A stretch of DNA of 58,606 bases from positions 1-58,606 of the IMG/VR virus record IMGVR_UViG_3300027844_000607. One strand, given 5' to 3'. Below the pieces are notes generated by a model, which saw only the letters and a list, made by a program, of their open reading frames with translations, ran no database searches and had not been told where the DNA came from. This DNA comes from a virus. Taxonomy: Duplodnaviria; Caudoviricetes. Of the stretch, positions 53,838-58,606 are shown in pieces (positions within the stretch are counted from its first letter, which is position 1; each line of letters starts with the position of its first letter). The position numbers and the translations under genes were made by a program.

Positions 53838-55228
53838 TCATCAGTTTTCAAGTGTGCAAGTGGTCGCCGAGCGGTGCGATCACGAAATGGCTTGGTAAGA
53901 TTGGTTGCGACAAATTGGTCTGGTGTCGGTGCAGTCTGTATCTGCTTCGGATCATACAGCTTCATACGAGAAGTATCAATACCCAGAATGAACTTCTGAA
54001 AACTCTGTCGTTTGGCATATCGATTCTTTAATACATATGCCTGTATCTGATTATTCTTATCCAAGTCATCGCTTGTGGTCAAGGCAAAGATGAAGTCCGC
54101 CGTCTGTGCGATGGCAAATGACTCACTAATCTTTTCTAACCCCGGCGCTGTCGAGGACGCCCCATCACGATTGAACTGCGCGGCCGTAAAGACGGGAATG
54201 TTCATTTCCACCGCCAACCCACGCAACTCTTCCGCAATAGATTTGTTATAAGTGTAGCTGTTGACGGCATTGCCCATCTTTATGCGCGAGGACGCACAGA
54301 TCGACAGGTAATCCACGAACAGAATGTCCGGCGTGAAGTCCTGCTTGAGCTTCAATTCGTGGAGCAACGCACGGAAGTGCCCTGTGTGTGCAGCCGCTGT
54401 CGGATACTCCTTAATGATCATTCGCCCGGTGCTGGTTTGCTGAAGTGTTTTCAGTTTCTTGAGATATCGATCCCGCGACAACGCGATCACATCATCAATC
54501 GGAATGTCCATGAGGTTTGCATCGACACGTTCAGCAATGCGTTCTTCCGCCATCTCCAATGTGATGTACAACACCTTCTTACTCATACGGGCACACGCAG
54601 CCGCCATATGCACAAGAAACAAACTCTTTCCGACATTCGTACCTGCCAGCACCACATTCAATGTCTTTCTAGGAATGCCATTCTTGGTCATGGTGTTGAA
54701 CACGTCGAGATCAAACGGAATCCGCGCTTCCGCACGATGATAGAAGTCGTACCGTTCTTCCGCGTCACCGAAGAAATCGTGGCCGACGTGTGTATCGAAT
54801 GAAACGGCCAACGCTTCTTTGAGAATGTCGGGAATTGCGTGAGGGTTCTCTTTCGGGTTGTCAAGCATTCCGACACTATGACGTAGAGCGATATACAACG
54901 CTCGTTCTTGACAGAACTTCTCCGTCTCTGCGATGAGAAATTCGTGCTGTGATGAATCTTGTGGTTCGGTCTGTTCAAGCTCGTCGATGACCGTGTTCGC
55001 CTGTTTCGCTTCCGCCTCACTTAGATTCGGGACATCATCCAGCATTAACCGTAGAACCGACACCGAAGGAAGTTGGTGGTATTCATCGAAGAACTTTTGA
55101 TACACACCAAAGACGGTCGCACATTCTCCAGTCGGAAAATATTCACCCTTGAGATACGGCGCCGCCCGCTCGGCATAGCTTTGTGATGCGTACAATTGTC
55201 GAAGCACTGTTCGCTCAAACAAGAGCAT
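53834..55228 (-). CDS. gp41: Replicative DNA helicase
   Basis: AVSFDTHVGHDF, LAGTNVGKS, ITLEMAEE, IKEYPT, VDYL, IAEELRGLA, KNRY. Confidence 0.96.
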   Translation of the reverse strand: MLLFERTVLRQLYASQSYAERAAPYLKGEYFPTGECATVFGVYQKFFDEYHQLPSVSVLRLMLDDVPNLSEAEAKQANTVIDELEQTEPQDSSQHEFLIAETEKFCQERALYIALRHSVGMLDNPKENPHAIPDILKEALAVSFDTHVGHDFFGDAEERYDFYHRAEARIPFDLDVFNTMTKNGIPRKTLNVVLAGTNVGKSLFLVHMAAACARMSKKVLYITLEMAEERIAERVDANLMDIPIDDVIALSRDRYLKKLKTLQQTSTGRMIIKEYPTAAAHTGHFRALLHELKLKQDFTPDILFVDYLSICASSRIKMGNAVNSYTYNKSIAEELRGLAVEMNIPVFTAAQFNRDGASSTAPGLEKISESFAIAQTADFIFALTTSDDLDKNNQIQAYVLKNRYAKRQSFQKFILGIDTSRMKLYDPKQIQTAPTPDQFVATNLTKPFRDRTARRPLAHLKTDD

Positions 55229-55560
55229 CAGTGAACGCCTTTCGTCTCCGAACTGAGAAGCGCATCAAAATTTGATAGCGAAATATAGCTTAACCACGCC
55301 ATCAACACCTCACCACAGAAATAATCGAAGTCCTCTGTGACATGAAACCCTTTAGGCGACTCATATACTTCCGTCTCAAACTTTGTCGGTACCATACCGT
55401 CCGGGCCAACTTTCTTCGAAACACGAAACGTTTTGAAGGAAAATACGACACCACGATACGGACCGGCTATGATTTCTAGACCTAAAATAGCTTCGCCCTT
55501 CTTCTGTGGAATCAATCGGGGCATGATCATTTCGAGAATGTTTGATTCTGATTCACTCAT
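55228..55560 (-). CDS. gp40: Head vertex assembly chaperone-like protein
   Basis: 110 aa between uvsX and gp41 (canonical position); GLEIIAGPYRGVVFSF. Confidence 0.6.
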   Translation of the reverse strand: MSESESNILEMIMPRLIPQKKGEAILGLEIIAGPYRGVVFSFKTFRVSKKVGPDGMVPTKFETEVYESPKGFHVTEDFDYFCGEVLMAWLSYISLSNFDALLSSETKGVH

Positions 55561-56620
55561 CGGCCGTCACCTCATCTGTAATATTCACAACCGGTTCGCC
55601 TGTATAAAGGAACGTCGCCTTCATGTGCGGGGCCAAGTCCTGTAGGAGGCTGTCCGTAAAATATTTAGTAGGCTTAGCGTAAACCTGTGATTCGAACGCC
55701 TTCATGTCGCCAGGGAACACATACTTGTTTCCGACCTTCGTCACCAGCCCCGAGTTCACCGCGTGCGGCAGCAACCCATAATACCGATCCAGTCCCCCGT
55801 CAAACAGGATGCGCGTCTCCACCACTGACTCTTCTTTCGTCATACGGGATTTGACCATTTTCGCCTTGACAATGTTTCCAATGATTGTCTTGTCGCTATC
55901 CCGCTCTTTCTTCTTGCTGAGAAACACGATGGTGTCTGCGGCATACTTCGCACCTGAACCGCCCGCCATTTCCTTGGTTGGGAAATACGCGCCGATCACA
56001 GCATAGGTGTGGGTCGTAACGATCATCGGTACTTGCACCTTCGCCATTTTCAGACGCAACACACGAAACGCACCCTTGATCAACTGACTCTTCGTCATGT
56101 CACGGGTGTCTTTGCCCTCTGTCATGTCACCGATTTCCTTGCCACTCGGTAGCGCAGACAGAGAATCGAGAATGATCAGAAACGGAAACCGATCTTCTTC
56201 TGGGATGTTCGCATAGGTATCCAACATCTTCAATGCAACGGTGCGGAACCGTTCAATGGATTCCGGCTCGGACTTCATGACACGTTCAGGATCAATACCC
56301 CGTGAAGAAAACATGGCATTCGTAACCGCTGATTCTGTATCGAAGTATGCGACCCGTGCTTTATCATTGGCTGCCAAGTATTGCGACATAATAGAAAGCG
56401 CAAAAAAAGACTTCCCTACTGCCGGGTCACCCGCGAGGACTAACGCTTTATTATTGGGGAGACCACCAAACATATCTCCCGATAACGCGGCGTTCAATAT
56501 GTAACTGCCGCTGTCGATGAACCCCGTAAATTCAGCCGCACTCTTGCCGTCTGATGCCAATGCAGTATCGGGATCGCCGATGTCCACAACGAACTGCCTA
56601 AAAAGGTCTACTTTGGCCAT
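55553..56620 (-). CDS. uvsX: RecA-like recombinase
   Basis: DSGSYILNAALSG, GDPAVGKS, YFDTESA, ILDSL, RDMTKSQ, GGSGAKYAA. Confidence 0.95.
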   Translation of the reverse strand: MAKVDLFRQFVVDIGDPDTALASDGKSAAEFTGFIDSGSYILNAALSGDMFGGLPNNKALVLAGDPAVGKSFFALSIMSQYLAANDKARVAYFDTESAVTNAMFSSRGIDPERVMKSEPESIERFRTVALKMLDTYANIPEEDRFPFLIILDSLSALPSGKEIGDMTEGKDTRDMTKSQLIKGAFRVLRLKMAKVQVPMIVTTHTYAVIGAYFPTKEMAGGSGAKYAADTIVFLSKKKERDSDKTIIGNIVKAKMVKSRMTKEESVVETRILFDGGLDRYYGLLPHAVNSGLVTKVGNKYVFPGDMKAFESQVYAKPTKYFTDSLLQDLAPHMKATFLYTGEPVVNITDEVTADE

Positions 56621-56678
56621 GATAATTTCAAGCTCCTGTCTTTATTCATATTAACTATTTTATCACACTTTCGCGATA

Positions 56679-57731
56679 TTATTCAACAGAACGGTCGCGG
56701 CGGACGCGGACGGCACGTCTACCGAGACGTATAGACTTTGGGCGAATGGCGTCCAGTGTCGTATTTTCTAATGACGGTTCCGCCAGTGTTTCGGTGTCGA
56801 CCGCGGTATCCACCCACGCCTGAGCCTTCAGTATATCCACTGGTGTATCTGGTGGGACACTATTAGGTTTCTTCACGGCCTTCTTCGCAGTTTTCTTCAC
56901 AGTCTTCTTTACCTGTGGTGATGTATTCTGGTCAATGTCCGGTACGCTACTCGGCGTAATGCGCTTACCGGGAATTGACTGCGAGGCAAGCAACAACGCA
57001 ATGGCCATTGGATCGAACACGGAGATGATGATAAGAATGAACACGGTCACGACGTGATCAAGAATATTGATATCGGTGCTGCCATACCATGCTTGCGCCA
57101 CAAACATCAACGGGCCCACATCAACGGACTGCTCTTGTGTACGCTGATTCACCGCCAACAATTCCTGCTCTGCGATCTGGAGTGCTTCACCCGAGATATT
57201 CAATTGCGTTTGAAGTTCTTGTTCAAGGACTTGCTGCTCTCGTAACACATTCACCGCACCGTTGATGCTGGTGAGTCGGTCGTTCACCACAAGTCCCCCG
57301 ATAACTTGATCCGCGAGATCGCTGCTTGTGAGCGTGGTGATAGCTGTTGCGCGGCGAGTATAGACGACGTTCGCTAACTCAACATTCCGTTCTGCTGCGG
57401 AACGTTCTGCGAGTAGTTGCGCCATCGGTGCTTGCTGTGTCAGGTACGCCCGCGAAAGATACCCGAAGATACCGATACCCGTGATCACTATCAACACAAA
57501 GACGCCGACACTCACATAAGCGACTAACGGTTTCGGTGAGGTGCGCCAATACCGGAATACCCACGACGCGCCGACGAGCTTGGCGACTTCGAGTGTACCT
57601 CCCATGATTACAATAGGCCAGAACACACTCACAAAGATGTATGCTAATCCGGTAACTGAGTAGAACGCGGCGATGCTAGAGAGGCCGATGCCCGTCACAA
57701 AAAGCATTATCCGCATAAAGGTAGACGACAT
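56679..57731 (-). CDS. Conserved multi-TM / coiled-coil phage protein
   Basis: SSIAAFYSVTGL, MGGTLEVAKL, GIFGYLSRA, VGPL, VFDPMAIALLLA. Confidence 0.7.
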   Translation of the reverse strand: MSSTFMRIMLFVTGIGLSSIAAFYSVTGLAYIFVSVFWPIVIMGGTLEVAKLVGASWVFRYWRTSPKPLVAYVSVGVFVLIVITGIGIFGYLSRAYLTQQAPMAQLLAERSAAERNVELANVVYTRRATAITTLTSSDLADQVIGGLVVNDRLTSINGAVNVLREQQVLEQELQTQLNISGEALQIAEQELLAVNQRTQEQSVDVGPLMFVAQAWYGSTDINILDHVVTVFILIIISVFDPMAIALLLASQSIPGKRITPSSVPDIDQNTSPQVKKTVKKTAKKAVKKPNSVPPDTPVDILKAQAWVDTAVDTETLAEPSLENTTLDAIRPKSIRLGRRAVRVRRDRSVE

Positions 57732-57739
57732 GTGTACTC

Positions 57740-58606
57740 CTAATCGAATAGTGTGGCGTTACGCCGAGGTTCAAAATTAGTAATTATTACTTCATCGACA
57801 GATACCGCGTCTCCGCGACCCGCCGTGTACGTCGCAGCCACTTGGTGTATCTGTGTGGCCGGGAAGTGGGTAATGTAGAAGGCATCACCAATCACTTTAT
57901 TTGAGTATGCATACGGTCCGTTATGTGTGGTGAGAAACTTCGCCAAGTGAACGTGATTGCTTTCTTCGAAATTGCACTGATAGTCCACAGACGAACTTCG
58001 ATACGGTGGATCGGCGTACACGTAGTCGCCATCGCGAAGCGTTACGTCTGCATACGATCCACAATGAATGTCTGCATGGCGCAATACATCTGCCACTGCA
58101 TGAATATTGTCAGTTGTGAAAAACTTCTCACCTTGCGTACAAGTGCCCGGCGGCGTCGAGTACCGTTTCTCACATATGTTGTATGCTTTCCATATACCAT
58201 TGAAATTCACACTCAACATGAACAGTAGCATACCCGACAAGTATTCAGCCGACTTATCCTGATGTGCGAGGCAGTAACCTTTGCGTAGCTTATAGTAATA
58301 CGGCTTTCGTGCTTCGGGAGTCAGCTTTAGCCACCCATTCACACATTCTTGCCATCGATCAATGACACCTGTGGTATTTTTCGCGAGTGTTTGATAGAGC
58401 AGGATAAGTTCCTTGTTGGCATCATTGATGACAAGCTGGCATGAGGGATAGGTTTCCGCCATCCACAATGTCGTGGTCAATGCGCCCGCAAACAAATCGA
58501 CAAACCGCGTTGGTTCCACCTTGGGAAAGAAGTATGGTTCATACAGGTTCAGCATTCGCTGTTTACTGCCTGTCCACTTAAAGAGGGGTTGAATGCGTGT
58601 ACGCAT
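57740..58606 (-). CDS. dam: DNA adenine methyltransferase (Dam/D12 class)
   Basis: PLFKWTGSK, DLFAGA, INDAN, YADPPY; ATG coincides with the window edge. Confidence 0.88.
   Translation of the reverse strand: MRTRIQPLFKWTGSKQRMLNLYEPYFFPKVEPTRFVDLFAGALTTTLWMAETYPSCQLVINDANKELILLYQTLAKNTTGVIDRWQECVNGWLKLTPEARKPYYYKLRKGYCLAHQDKSAEYLSGMLLFMLSVNFNGIWKAYNICEKRYSTPPGTCTQGEKFFTTDNIHAVADVLRHADIHCGSYADVTLRDGDYVYADPPYRSSSVDYQCNFEESNHVHLAKFLTTHNGPYAYSNKVIGDAFYITHFPATQIHQVAATYTAGRGDAVSVDEVIITNFEPRRNATLFD

Noticed and set aside
38500-56620. Inteins, introns or homing endonucleases in nrdJ, gp61, gp41, uvsX
   Set aside because: Lengths are ordinary, motifs are contiguous, and no LAGLIDADG, HNH, GIY-YIG or intein splice motifs were seen.
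1-58606. Alternative genetic code (stop-codon reassignment)
   Set aside because: Core genes are full length in the standard code and end in TAA, TAG and TGA.

Overview
This window is a 58.6-kb fragment of a large T4-like myovirus genome with a gene set and order resembling the cyanophage/pelagiphage branch. No cellular or CRISPR content was seen. All annotations come from reading motifs by eye; no database searches were run. Recognisable core genes are the prohead scaffold gp22, major capsid gp23, gp46/gp47, late sigma gp55, uvsW, uvsY, gp3, gp32, gp59, gp33, a RuvC-like resolvase, class II RNR (nrdJ), thyX, primase gp61, helicase gp41, gp40, uvsX and dam. Other genes include a second large DNA methyltransferase, iscU, tRNA-Ser(UGA) and lysis genes. 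Three systems stand out. (1) A circularly permuted, two-piece tmRNA gene (alphaproteobacterial-type T-loop, tag ending ...DNQFALAA) whose 159-nt excised intervening segment carries a 38-aa membrane-peptide ORF. (2) A late-promoter-driven glycosylation toolkit. Two of its enzymes carry the motifs of eukaryotic polypeptide GalNAc-transferases (GT27), and it also includes GT32, GT17, GT2 and GT4 enzymes and a Ugd/Uxs nucleotide-sugar route. Ser/Thr/Pro-rich virion-like proteins are candidate acceptors. (3) A cluster of late genes encoding apparent capsid-cargo polyproteins: basic, Glu-poor domains separated by hydrophobic-X-Glu sites that match the prohead protease site in this phage's own gp23. 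Also noted are three mosaic tail-fibre-like paralogs, a candidate origin (G-tracts plus 15-bp repeats) and many apparently leaderless transcripts.
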